Shown here one piece after another: positions 38,501-47,464 of a stretch of 64,000 nucleotides of DNA. This DNA comes from Giardia intestinalis (lineage: Eukaryota). Below the pieces are notes generated by a model that searched no databases, was not told where the DNA came from, and saw nothing but the letters and a program-made list of their open reading frames with translations. The DNA is taken from assembly GCA_000002435.2 (NCBI GenBank), contig CM018792.1. One strand, 5' to 3'. Every line of letters starts with the position of its first letter. Position 1 is the stretch's first letter. The position numbers and the translations under genes are program-made.

Positions 38501-39257
38501 AGGCTTTTTGGAGGTGTCGAGGCTGTCTACTATGCTTCTGCAGGATGAATTTGACCTGTACAAGAGCCTTTTGCCCAATTATGGGACGATTGAGGAGATC
38601 ACCACCAAGTACTGTAGTTTGGTGTATGGGGCATATGCTACTCTTAAGAAGCACGCACGCACACGGCAGCAAGCAGCCAAAGATTACGTCATCTTATGTT
38701 CTATATTGCGGATACTTGAGGCAACTGAGGGCCTCACGTATCCTAAAGCCCTTCTGGAGGAAGCTCTTAGCCCAGAGGAAACAAGGATATTAGAGCAGAA
38801 CATCTCTCAGCTTCTCAGCGAAGACAAAGACAAAGGTAAAGACACAAGCAAAGACATAGACGGTGCTCACGAAGATCCACACGCATCATATTCCAGTCAT
38901 CAAGTTATCGCAGATGTGCCTATTCTTGGAAAGGCATACTTCTCGTCACAGCCCCCCTTAGATCTCTTCCAGACTAAGGCACCAATCACAAACGCTACTC
39001 CTAGCATTAATGAAGCGATGAGGATAGAGCCACAGAACTTGGCACCATTAAGCGATGGAGCAGAGCCTCGGACCTCCCCTTCGAATAGTTCAGTGGATAC
39101 TCCTAGCAGCGCAGGCGGGATATCTCAAAAGGATCCCTTGACAATCGATTTCTTGCTTAGCCAAGCGACGTTGGCTGCAAACAGCGGCCTACTAGATAGC
39201 CCAGACGAGCAATCTGTTAACGGTGGCCTCAGCGACCTAAGAGACATGTTAGAGTAA
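35529..39257 (+). CDS. large hypothetical protein (1242 aa), probably helical-repeat
   Basis: Uninterrupted ATG-initiated ORF with non-repetitive composition; TAA at 39255-39257. Confidence 0.5.
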   Translation: MVKEASARKPPPRTQAREGRGSWAGLAIQTYKRDGSLNIMLKPMILGLLSSIQEIPPLFYHPHSQLTGSRRKGIDPESFWLKIQDMVIFDPDPQAPSYSLRAPLINKDLAADRIGAGSKYHLALQKTLQPEYVNLGQRVQRENIEEIADALCYGLEPALSNSFKCIRITASICLSGFMIGLSSTSTASSYVLTNYMQDKFLRTMLYDICDIVRYVACTTVTSLLSPSNASPSILSTLQAVAKNNITDPSPSIRISGFVLIMKVLGLSSSLMTSASKADKNKLVALVAQNWQQHSQLYCNLFKDECPESAALAVLTVHTFLRLLPVFGQSPSADKIHELTRHMMSVTFSTERTLRRVAGLAYLGFFSEIASDSNSGTLDPVTHYPQAFFDSVYASTLKESPTKVSLTCIAESLVDILASLPQSSLPKDFFSSLLLHLVDTLSNEAFLHTITFVSACLMQSYHGRIPLFDHVVLQPVESVFYDEALDTLKHLPELFAQEQDKIPYQYIYKVLLDEEDTFLAEANYTAISECILSPVPIFPSSTTTDTSPQQGAKPSFSLTSLYRRFTSVFDSFRADNLTNKLEDVCTAFLYLLYLLVNQNNVLPTDGSPNLISDTFRKELEVVYEGLFTTIFPSMNSALYHSISNNALIYQSNASDKGDNSLRHVKLIPKLIAQYLQLSGGAAQSLLSTLIREQLMSIYSTLLRRELPSLQYGFLADIVSCVTPADLTLYDNTVSLLKLDPLHLQSAAYYELDALLRIFLVSLIWLKGSSRVSEGILDNFLFNLLMPITFVTLRSCIYLMAEIKKGIRILAIQRHLLQHPGLLSLISTVMQTCLVLYTSFSDYYNNQNTDRSKMENLSDLILHMYFCAHFLGKEFLSARDDCISDLKLLTTARRADTASLVEQNPNITKSTYYLLVKADKSTKSLIELAFQTTFTIFRDSLCYYVYLYANLFSMTLGNRFLLNNRFTNLSCPSMFSSQAGAIKVIPAYANQFVGFLEVSRLSTMLLQDEFDLYKSLLPNYGTIEEITTKYCSLVYGAYATLKKHARTRQQAAKDYVILCSILRILEATEGLTYPKALLEEALSPEETRILEQNISQLLSEDKDKGKDTSKDIDGAHEDPHASYSSHQVIADVPILGKAYFSSQPPLDLFQTKAPITNATPSINEAMRIEPQNLAPLSDGAEPRTSPSNSSVDTPSSAGGISQKDPLTIDFLLSQATLAANSGLLDSPDEQSVNGGLSDLRDMLE

Positions 39258-39264
39258 CACGAAC

Positions 39265-39271
39265 ATTTACT
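39265..39271 (-). promoter_or_regulatory. AGTAAAT poly(A) signal for the cyclophilin gene
   Basis: Reverse complement of ATTTACT lies 3 nt downstream of the minus-strand TAA at 39274-39276. Confidence 0.4.
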
Positions 39272-39273
39272 TC

Positions 39274-39849
39274 TTACCAACTGTCAAGGGTGTACGGATC
39301 CGGCTTGGTGACATATACAGCGGAAATAACGACGTCCTCAAGAGGTCTATCTTGCGGGTCCTTCTTAACGTTTTCAATGGTCTTGACAACAGTCATGCCA
39401 TCAACTACATGTCCAAAGACAACATGCTTGCCGTTGAGCCAGGGGGTAACCACTGTGCATATAAAGAACTGCGACCCGTTAGTATTACGGCCTCTGTTCG
39501 CCATGGAAAGTGAGCCTATCCGATGCTCCAGCTGAAAATTCTCGTCATCAAACTCCGACCCATAGATAGAGTATCCTCCACGGCCGTCCCCGCGCTCGAA
39601 GTCTCCCCCCTGAATCATGAAGTTGGCAATGACTCTGTGAAACTTAGATCCCTCGTAGCTGTATCCATGGCTTCCCTTTGAAATCTCCACAAAGTTTGTC
39701 ACTGTCTTTGGGGCCACCTTCCCAAAGAGCCCCAGAGTGATGTTACCAAGAGTAGCAGATCCCTGCCTCACTTCAAAGATTACATGGTCTGTGATCTCAG
39801 GGGACTTCTTAGCTAGCACGACGAGCAGACAGACAAAAAAGAGAAGCAT
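39274..39849 (-). CDS. Peptidyl-prolyl cis-trans isomerase, cyclophilin type, with N-terminal signal/anchor (cyclophilin B-like)
   Basis: [31 protein letters not shown]...H...[18 protein letters not shown]...[15 protein letters not shown] matches the cyclophilin fold. The track start (39966) is GTG; the ATG ([15 protein letters not shown], signal-like) is at complement 39847-39849. Confidence 0.88.
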   Translation of the reverse strand: MLLFFVCLLVVLAKKSPEITDHVIFEVRQGSATLGNITLGLFGKVAPKTVTNFVEISKGSHGYSYEGSKFHRVIANFMIQGGDFERGDGRGGYSIYGSEFDDENFQLEHRIGSLSMANRGRNTNGSQFFICTVVTPWLNGKHVVFGHVVDGMTVVKTIENVKKDPQDRPLEDVVISAVYVTKPDPYTLDSW

Positions 39850-40009
39850 CTCCCCCCAGCCTAAATTTATTACGAAAGACCTCTCTATATCATTTTTTGA
39901 TTTTGTACAGTTTTGTAGATACTTCCTCAGTAACGGCTGTGATGAAGGGCCAGAATCACTAAGCACCGTTAATAGGATAGGAATTGTATAGATGTGTACA
40001 GTGTTATTC

Positions 40010-41209
40010 TTATGCTAGTGGTAATTCTACGATATCCAGAGGAGCACTAGGGGTGAGATAGATAGAAGTGTCGCTTTCTAGCTTAGTAGCTGCGGTAGAA
40101 AAGCTTACGTTCTTTTCTTGAGAGCTAATGGAGGCGGTCTCTGGTTCCTCAAATTGTGGCCCAAATGCGGCTTCACAGCCCATAAGAGCGAGGTCTTCTG
40201 TTCCAGCAACACCGTCGCCTATTATACATGTTCGCAGGATCCGAATGGCATAATGAACAGTATTTGGCTCGCTGAGCACAAGCCCCAGGGAGCCTATCAC
40301 AGATTGAACAGATACAGCCACCAGCGAGATATCAGGCAGAACTTCTGTGGTAAATTGGATATCAAACTTAAACATCCTCTGAATGACTTGCATAATTCCA
40401 CAGACAACGAACTGCTCACAATACAGACTCCTTAGGCTTGCGAGTGTGCTTGGATATAGAACTGTAGCCATGCCGAGAACTCTAAAGTCTTGGTTAGCGG
40501 ATTTAACTGCTTGCTTGTGAAGCTGAAACATCTTGACTAGAAGCTCCTGATATGAACAGGACGCGGCCACCATTGTATCCATCAACTTCTTGTATTCGAC
40601 CAAATATGCATCTAGAGCACAGTTATAACACGATACAAGCCTGTTTGCAGTACTGAATCTACACTCTTCTGTAATCTCATTAAGCTCTTCGACTGCTTTG
40701 TTCAAAGCTGCCCGCTTCTCTGCGGCTCGTTTGAGCCCTGAATCAATCATTTTATGATGATACTTCTGTGCACCTTCATAATTGCGCATGACTGTGGAAA
40801 GTTTTGTCAGTAGAATGCTAATGCTCTCTAGGCGGGAAGCCATGTTATGGAGTCTGCTCAGTTCATTATCAATGTACAACTGACAAACCGCCGTTGCAAC
40901 AGTTTTATTTAAGCCTCCTATCACTAATTGCTCATATGCAGGCTGGGCAGCGAGTGTAGAGCTATAGACAGCACTCAGTGTCAGCATATCTTTTTCATGA
41001 GACTCCAACACGCTATATAAATGGTGGCATGCCCAAATATTGAAAGGTGTGAACGGTGGAGATGCATCTTTTTCCTTTTTGCGTTGCACCACAAGCAAGG
41101 CTTCAGAAAATAGCTTGTCTGCATGTGGCGGTCTCTGAGGCGTAACATACTCTATAGAGTCTTGGGACAGCCCTTTCTCGTCCTCGATTAGTCCTTGACT
41201 TGCCAACAT
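40010..41209 (-). CDS. hypothetical alpha-helical protein (399 aa)
   Basis: ATG at complement 41207-41209; no motif recognised. Confidence 0.45.
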   Translation of the reverse strand: MLASQGLIEDEKGLSQDSIEYVTPQRPPHADKLFSEALLVVQRKKEKDASPPFTPFNIWACHHLYSVLESHEKDMLTLSAVYSSTLAAQPAYEQLVIGGLNKTVATAVCQLYIDNELSRLHNMASRLESISILLTKLSTVMRNYEGAQKYHHKMIDSGLKRAAEKRAALNKAVEELNEITEECRFSTANRLVSCYNCALDAYLVEYKKLMDTMVAASCSYQELLVKMFQLHKQAVKSANQDFRVLGMATVLYPSTLASLRSLYCEQFVVCGIMQVIQRMFKFDIQFTTEVLPDISLVAVSVQSVIGSLGLVLSEPNTVHYAIRILRTCIIGDGVAGTEDLALMGCEAAFGPQFEEPETASISSQEKNVSFSTAATKLESDTSIYLTPSAPLDIVELPLA

Positions 41210-41269
41210 GAATATTTAATTTCTAGTAAGGTATATTAATGTCCGAAGGATGTGAGGCTAGTATTGGTA

Positions 41270-43441
41270 TTATTTTATATCCATCGCAGAAACCCTCGCC
41301 GCGACCTTTAGTGCACGCAGAAGATCGTCCTTAGATTCTGCTAACGGTATCTGTAATGTATTGGTACAGGTATGGCCCATGGGAAGTCTATCTTTTGAGC
41401 AGGGCCGCAATGTGAAGGGAAGTGGATGCTGACCCAGGAATAAGGGCTGACCAAGATTACAAAAGCCCTCTTGTGGGGGAACGCTTATCCCACAAGAAAA
41501 GCGAAGGATACCAACAGCAAGTTCAGGATTTTCCCTAAGGAGTTCCCAAAACCATTCAACTACTTCTGGATTCGACCAGCATCCATCTACTACAGAGTGC
41601 TCCCGCCAGTCGTCGATAGAAATAGAGGGTGCACCCACAACGATCGCATGTACAAGAGAAACATCAATGAAGTAACACCCAGGTGCAGGAATAGCCGTTC
41701 GAAAGCCACTCCGAAGATAGTGCAGTGCTTTAGAACTGCGGGGATATAGATACGAAACAATGACCTTCTCCAAGTTGATTCTTCTGAAGCATAGGCGCTT
41801 CTTTTTATTGTTAAAGTTTGCGCAGAACTTAAACGACTTGTACCAGCAAGACGTGTTAGAGAGTGCTGGAATAGATTCTTTCAGGATTGCAAGCGAATGA
41901 TCGTCTTTTTCAGCCTCCGCAATAAGGTTCCCCAGCCCCGGTTCAAAGTGTATAATGTCTGCGAGGGTCGGCGAAACATTCATAGCTAAGCTTATAAACA
42001 ATCTACTAAGCTGTGAAGACAGAGATATGCCATAGCATAGGCAGCGGCCAATGAGCCAGCCCATGCAGAAGGCGTCCAAGGGGAGAACGGTAGGGGACAT
42101 AGTAAGCTCATTTGACGATTCCGACACAATCATATTCGGTGCCAATCCGTCGTGTGATAGGGCAGAAAATAATATGTCCCCAACCATAGTAAATAGCTCC
42201 CTTTTTAATCCGCCTATATCGATTGCCTCCTCGCCTGCGAAGGATACTAGGATTTCCCTTCGTATCAGTTCCCTTCCTTCAACAGCAAAAATTCTTCGGA
42301 AGTCATTGTAAAAAGACGTGCGGGATACGATCATTCTATACGGTGGGGATTGTATGTAAATGGAATCTGTCCAATACCGCATGAGACGTAGCCTAGTAAG
42401 AGCTTGAATACTAGGGCGCTCAGATGAGTTGAATGCCCTCAGGAACAGGTTCTCCGTCGGTGAGTGGGAAAGGATGGAGGAAGCAGATGCAATACTAAGT
42501 ATCTTGGAGAGAGAAAGAGGTTCTATAGTGTATGTTTCAGAGGAAAAATGGGCCGAAGCTGTTATCTCCTTAACGCCAATGACCATCTTCAGCCTACAGA
42601 GGCACGTAAGAGTCTTCTCCCGTAGTCCTTCACCATACAACTCCACGCTTTCATCATCAGTACGGCTGAATGATAAAGCATATTTGAGAGAGTTGACAGT
42701 AGTTTGAGCAAAGTATGGCAAATTTGTGACACGTGAAAATAGAGCACAAAGTCTGAAACCATACACCTTTTGACGAATCATCTCCTGAGTTGTCCAGAGA
42801 GCAACTGTAGAGTCACTAAGCGGATAGACTCGAGGGGCAGGTAGATATCGATAGGCAATAATCTCTGTTTTCCCTTCAAGAGATATTCCATTCAGCTGCT
42901 CAGTCAATCGCTGAGTGAAGTGACGATACCAACGCAATAGAATGAAGAGAGAAAGGGCATGTGATAGAGCAAATAGAACGTATGGAATCAATATTCCCAA
43001 GATAAGCACAACAGTGTGATACACTCGTGCATAGAAAGGTATAATGAAGAGGAACACAAGACACAGAAAACAAGATACGGAATAGGAAACAATTGCCACC
43101 AACCATCTGTGTGGCTTCCAAGAAATCCCGAAAAGCGAGGGAAGAGTCGTCAAAGTAACAACAATATAAGATACGCCTATCCCATACTTGCCGCTAATTA
43201 TGCAAAAGAGCCAAGAGATCAGGAGCAGAACGGAAGCAATGGGAGAGCATATGCACAGGAAAAGGATGGGTTTCTGATGTATGAGCAGGGATGCCATGCT
43301 TACAGTGATGACAGCGATCACTGGGAACAGCGGCATGGCTATAGTTGTTGCGACCTCCCTTGGTCCCAGAGGGATGCCATCATGCATTTGATCATTTTTG
43401 GTAAAAGAAAGAAGTGCATTTACATTCAAACCAAGAAGCAT
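41270..43441 (-). CDS. HECT-domain E3 ubiquitin ligase with N-terminal polytopic membrane domain
   Basis: EEAIDIGGLKRELFTMVGDILFS and the C-terminal LPMGHTCTNTLQIPLAESKDDLLRALKVAAR match HECT signatures, including the catalytic Cys. There are about 5 hydrophobic helices in the N-terminal third. The track start (43558) is TTG; the first ATG is at complement 43439-43441. Confidence 0.65.
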   Translation of the reverse strand: MLLGLNVNALLSFTKNDQMHDGIPLGPREVATTIAMPLFPVIAVITVSMASLLIHQKPILFLCICSPIASVLLLISWLFCIISGKYGIGVSYIVVTLTTLPSLFGISWKPHRWLVAIVSYSVSCFLCLVFLFIIPFYARVYHTVVLILGILIPYVLFALSHALSLFILLRWYRHFTQRLTEQLNGISLEGKTEIIAYRYLPAPRVYPLSDSTVALWTTQEMIRQKVYGFRLCALFSRVTNLPYFAQTTVNSLKYALSFSRTDDESVELYGEGLREKTLTCLCRLKMVIGVKEITASAHFSSETYTIEPLSLSKILSIASASSILSHSPTENLFLRAFNSSERPSIQALTRLRLMRYWTDSIYIQSPPYRMIVSRTSFYNDFRRIFAVEGRELIRREILVSFAGEEAIDIGGLKRELFTMVGDILFSALSHDGLAPNMIVSESSNELTMSPTVLPLDAFCMGWLIGRCLCYGISLSSQLSRLFISLAMNVSPTLADIIHFEPGLGNLIAEAEKDDHSLAILKESIPALSNTSCWYKSFKFCANFNNKKKRLCFRRINLEKVIVSYLYPRSSKALHYLRSGFRTAIPAPGCYFIDVSLVHAIVVGAPSISIDDWREHSVVDGCWSNPEVVEWFWELLRENPELAVGILRFSCGISVPPQEGFCNLGQPLFLGQHPLPFTLRPCSKDRLPMGHTCTNTLQIPLAESKDDLLRALKVAARVSAMDIK

Positions 43442-43442
43442 A

Positions 43443-45968
43443 TCAGAGTGTCCCCAGCGACATGATATCGACAACTGTGCTGTTGTCAACCAGCTTTCCA
43501 CATTGGTGGGCAAAATTTGATAAAATAGTAGCGGGTTCGCGTATGTCCTGTTGCCCAACTAGTCGGACCTCCCGCAGGAGTTGATAACTGTACTGTAAGA
43601 CGAGGTTGAGGTGATCCTTAATTATCTGTGGAAGTACGCTCACACTGGTGTGCAGTATTCCAGAGTGGCTGAACGCAGCCACTGCCTGCTCCATGTTCTT
43701 GTACCCTAGCAACTGCACCTTACTGTCTAGCAGATAAGAAGCAAAGGAAAGGATCTGGTGGAGCTCGTTCAACGGCAACTTTCCTTGTAGACCTTCAGAT
43801 AGGGTCTGAACCTTCTTGTATTCTTCTTGTGATATCGAGATGCTTGGTGAAAGACTCTCAAGCATGTACTTTGCATGCGAGTAAGCTGCAAGCTCGTAAA
43901 ATTCCCCTCCATAGTATAGCTGAGTAGTAGTAAGGCGAGATTCTTTGTGATACTCGACGGTAAGGGCACCAATCAGATAAAACAGCGGAAGCATGTCTTT
44001 AGCCGAACTACTCTCAAGCCACTTATGGACAAATTTGCAGGATGGAAGCGTTTCGTGGATAAGCAATCCAAGCATGATGACCTGATCCGCATCAGTTAGC
44101 AACCGTGCAATCGAAAGGTGAGATTCGGTGATGGTTGTTTCACCTGACAGGTCCAGATAGTATCGGAGGGTGGAAAGGAGCAACGCGACAGCGCTGACAC
44201 GACCATCTGGTGAGATAAGGTTCTTCACTGAGGTGGCGTCTATGAGAGCAGCAATGTTCTCTACATAAAACTGTGTGTGTCGTAGACGGCCCTGCGCATC
44301 AACGTTGTAGTATGTAGAAAGGTCAACATAAACATCTTTGAAAAGAGAGGGACACCGAGTCTCTAAAATGCGCAAACAGACAAATGCAGTGAAGGGCTCT
44401 ATCTGTGTTTGATGAGCACGCAACAAGAGGCCAAGGTAGGATGGGATGTCCATGAGCAAGAGGCTGCTGTATGCCGTCTCGCCGACCACAAGCTTACTGA
44501 CTTGATTCTTCGACATGAGCAAGTGGTTTCTAGAAGCGGCTGCTGTAGAAATCATTGTTGAGATAATGGTCTCTTTTTCGAGGGGATCGGTGGTAAGGAT
44601 ACGAGAGATGACCCGACCGAAAAGTTCCGTAAGCAGCGGCTTGTTATCTTGAGAGTCTCCCAAAATATCGAACAAGAACAGCTTGTATGTCTCCTCTACG
44701 CCTTCGTAATCAGGGTTGTTAGTGATTTCAGCTACTACACGCTCGTACTCATGCATAAGGCTAGAGACATTAGCCCTCAAGTAAAAGTGAATATCGTTGT
44801 CCAAAGGGACTGACTCGGCGACTGTTAGTTCCATCGCCTTTGCAAACCGCACAAGACACTCCTTAAGAGACGGGAACATGGCGAAGTCATCGGCCTTGGC
44901 GTTAATCAAGTAAGCAAGATCTCTATAGAACCCAGCCATGAACAGCGATAGGCATATACTATAGATAGTCACAACTGGGGTATCCAGTATGCCTGCCAGT
45001 GTGGTTGAGCCCTTGGTGGCAAAGGTCGAAGCTGCATTCAGCTTAGTTAATGAACTGGCTCCGGGCCCTTTTAGCTGCGTCAAGAAGCGTGCTATGTACT
45101 GAATGTTTGGATGCTCACGCCACTCTAAGTACGATGCCCCTGTGCCAGCAATGGTAGCTTGAATCATATGTCTGTACTTCTCATTCAGATAACATAAACT
45201 GGGTATATAGCGCCCCGCGGGCGTGAGCAGCTTATGCCATTTCTGCGTACATAAAAACATGATGAATCCAAGCGAGTCAAGGAAGTTTAGAGACAGGGCC
45301 TGGCCGTGCGAAGACCATTCAGAAAGAGAGTCAATAAGGCTGCTGATAAGCCCAACCCCTGTGTCTTGATTGAGGCTGGAATAAGTGCCAGAAAAATACG
45401 CCACAGAGTCACGGATAATTTTTAAAACAACGCCGGTTTGGTACTTAATATCGCTATTCATGGTAGTGGGAACACGGCTGTGCCTTTGGCCAGAAGGACC
45501 CAAGTGGTGGGTATTGAGGACTTCAGTAAACGACTTTGTCGTGACACTGGCTGTGAACCCTAGTGCTTGATCTATTTCGGCGCGCCTATTCATCCACGCA
45601 TCATAGCTGACTTCTGAAGACTGCCTGTGAATAGACTTTAGTGTCATAGAGGACGCTTCCTCGATAATGCTATTCTCTATTACGTTTGTCTGCTCCAATT
45701 GAAGGTCCTTGAGAAGACGCATTGCCTTTGGACAGATAGTTGAAAGCCCAGCGGCGCCAGCAGGACCCGCCTCGGTAATAGAGTGGTTCCTGCTTTGATT
45801 GTGTGGCTCGGTCCCTCTTCGATAGAGGGACAAGCGCTTTAAGATCTCTCGCGAAGACTCACTATTGTAGTCTACACGTGGTTGCTTTGTGGAAAGAAAT
45901 TGATGCTTTGGAGCCGGAATAGTCGCTATTGTGGCATGGAAGCTACTCAGCAGCTCAGAGTTTAGCAT
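43443..45968 (-). CDS. hypothetical protein (about 840 aa)
   Basis: Long ORF. The track start (45989) is TTG; the first in-frame ATG (MLNSELL) is at complement 45966-45968. The TGA stop at 43443-43445 lies 1 nt before the HECT ATG. Confidence 0.5.
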   Translation of the reverse strand: MLNSELLSSFHATIATIPAPKHQFLSTKQPRVDYNSESSREILKRLSLYRRGTEPHNQSRNHSITEAGPAGAAGLSTICPKAMRLLKDLQLEQTNVIENSIIEEASSMTLKSIHRQSSEVSYDAWMNRRAEIDQALGFTASVTTKSFTEVLNTHHLGPSGQRHSRVPTTMNSDIKYQTGVVLKIIRDSVAYFSGTYSSLNQDTGVGLISSLIDSLSEWSSHGQALSLNFLDSLGFIMFLCTQKWHKLLTPAGRYIPSLCYLNEKYRHMIQATIAGTGASYLEWREHPNIQYIARFLTQLKGPGASSLTKLNAASTFATKGSTTLAGILDTPVVTIYSICLSLFMAGFYRDLAYLINAKADDFAMFPSLKECLVRFAKAMELTVAESVPLDNDIHFYLRANVSSLMHEYERVVAEITNNPDYEGVEETYKLFLFDILGDSQDNKPLLTELFGRVISRILTTDPLEKETIISTMISTAAASRNHLLMSKNQVSKLVVGETAYSSLLLMDIPSYLGLLLRAHQTQIEPFTAFVCLRILETRCPSLFKDVYVDLSTYYNVDAQGRLRHTQFYVENIAALIDATSVKNLISPDGRVSAVALLLSTLRYYLDLSGETTITESHLSIARLLTDADQVIMLGLLIHETLPSCKFVHKWLESSSAKDMLPLFYLIGALTVEYHKESRLTTTQLYYGGEFYELAAYSHAKYMLESLSPSISISQEEYKKVQTLSEGLQGKLPLNELHQILSFASYLLDSKVQLLGYKNMEQAVAAFSHSGILHTSVSVLPQIIKDHLNLVLQYSYQLLREVRLVGQQDIREPATILSNFAHQCGKLVDNSTVVDIMSLGTL

Positions 45969-45996
45969 TAATGGCCAGAGGGCAACCAAGAGAAAA

Positions 45997-47055
45997 CTAA
46001 ATTTTTACCCTCTTCACCTTCATTTTTGCTAACTGTATTTCTGGATGTAGCCTCCTGATATGGTTGGTTAGAAAAGTAGCTGCAGAAAGTTCTTTGTGAC
46101 AAACGGGGCACTCGAATTTGGGACGTTGATCCTTCTCTGCAGAATTGCTTTGAGAGGACTTGGCTATCATGTTCTCCTTCCGAGCAAGCTGCTTAGCCTT
46201 TATCTTGGCGTATGTAATATTTGATGGGGCAGCTATTGTGGTATCTTTAATCATCAAGTTCTGATAAACCTCTGGATAGCAGGCCTTGACGTGCCGATTG
46301 AACCGTCCCAATGTATCAAATTGTCGGCCACAGCAAGGAGCAATGCGGTATATTTGAAACATGTCTATATGTCTGATCTTGGCCTTGCTAATGCCTAGGA
46401 TGGAGTAGAACGTGTCTATCTCCGCAGCCACTAGAGAACTACTGCGCGGAGAGAATAGCTTGTGCAGAACAACCTTCGACGGTTTGTTCATTGTGATCAT
46501 GTCACAAGGCTCACAGAGCTTAGGGATTAGGGCGGGGTCAAGCTTGTAGCTGCCAGTGAGTCCTCGTTTTGCCATAATGTCAGCTATGTTATCAGCGGAG
46601 TGTTCCGCATGCAGCCCCTCTAAGAGATTGAACTTGCGAAGAAGCTCAGGGACTTGATTCCTATGCAGACTGTTAGCATGACTGTGCAGATAGAGAGTGC
46701 ACGGCGGTAGGTTAACCGATTGTGTTGACAAGCACATGGGACAACGGGCCTTGGTGTGAAGGCGTTCGTGAGCCGCCGCCTTAGTTGTAGAAGCAAACAG
46801 CTCAGGGCAAAAGGAACATCGAATAGGGTCTCCTGCCTGTGGGTGCGTGTGTGCGAGGTGCGCTCTAAGTTGTCTCTCGTTGGAATAAGCCATTTCGCAG
46901 TGGCCGCACTCAAACATCAGTGCTCCCGCGTGGATGTTGAGATGGATCTCCAGTTTCATTGGATCATCGACTTCTAGGCCACAAATATAGCATGAGAAGC
47001 CATAGCTTGCCATATGTTGACCGGTCACTTTTTGTGCACAGGATAGGTTGATCAT
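45997..47055 (-). CDS. C2H2 zinc-finger protein
   Basis: Several C-x2-C...H-x3-5-H units (YICGLEV...HLNIH; FECGHCEMAYSNERQLRAHLAHTH; RCSFCPELF...HERLH; FECPVCHKEL...HIRRLH). Confidence 0.6.
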   Translation of the reverse strand: MINLSCAQKVTGQHMASYGFSCYICGLEVDDPMKLEIHLNIHAGALMFECGHCEMAYSNERQLRAHLAHTHPQAGDPIRCSFCPELFASTTKAAAHERLHTKARCPMCLSTQSVNLPPCTLYLHSHANSLHRNQVPELLRKFNLLEGLHAEHSADNIADIMAKRGLTGSYKLDPALIPKLCEPCDMITMNKPSKVVLHKLFSPRSSSLVAAEIDTFYSILGISKAKIRHIDMFQIYRIAPCCGRQFDTLGRFNRHVKACYPEVYQNLMIKDTTIAAPSNITYAKIKAKQLARKENMIAKSSQSNSAEKDQRPKFECPVCHKELSAATFLTNHIRRLHPEIQLAKMKVKRVKI

Positions 47056-47085
47056 GCTTCTGGCACATGTGCATGCATAGAACTT

Positions 47086-47400
47086 CTAATGACCCTTTCC
47101 TTTTTGTGCATTCTTGAGTAGTATCGCAATACGGTGAACGGCCTCCTCATTGTGGACACGTTTAGCATGTGCCAAGGCATCATCTCCATTGACATCCCGA
47201 CAAGCCACCTCCCCAGCGAAAAGGTAGATACGCTTGTACCACCCATTCCTTACGTAGTGCATGAGCGCCGTTTGGCCTAATGTGTCTTGCTGGCCGACAA
47301 GATGGCGCAGCTGCTCTAGTTCCCAGTCATTTCCCGTTGCAGCGAAGCCAATCCAGGCATCTATGTCACTAGATAACGAGCTCTTATCGGTGTTGCTCAT
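47086..47400 (-). CDS. small ankyrin-repeat protein (104 aa)
   Basis: TALMHYVRNGWYKRIYLFAGEVACRDVNGDDALAHAKRVHNEEAVHRIA has one to two ANK units. Confidence 0.4.
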   Translation of the reverse strand: MSNTDKSSLSSDIDAWIGFAATGNDWELEQLRHLVGQQDTLGQTALMHYVRNGWYKRIYLFAGEVACRDVNGDDALAHAKRVHNEEAVHRIAILLKNAQKGKGH

Positions 47401-47464
47401 TGTTAAACCATAAATTTTAACCTCAGCGGTACTCTAGCCTCGATCAGCACTCAGCCTTACATAC

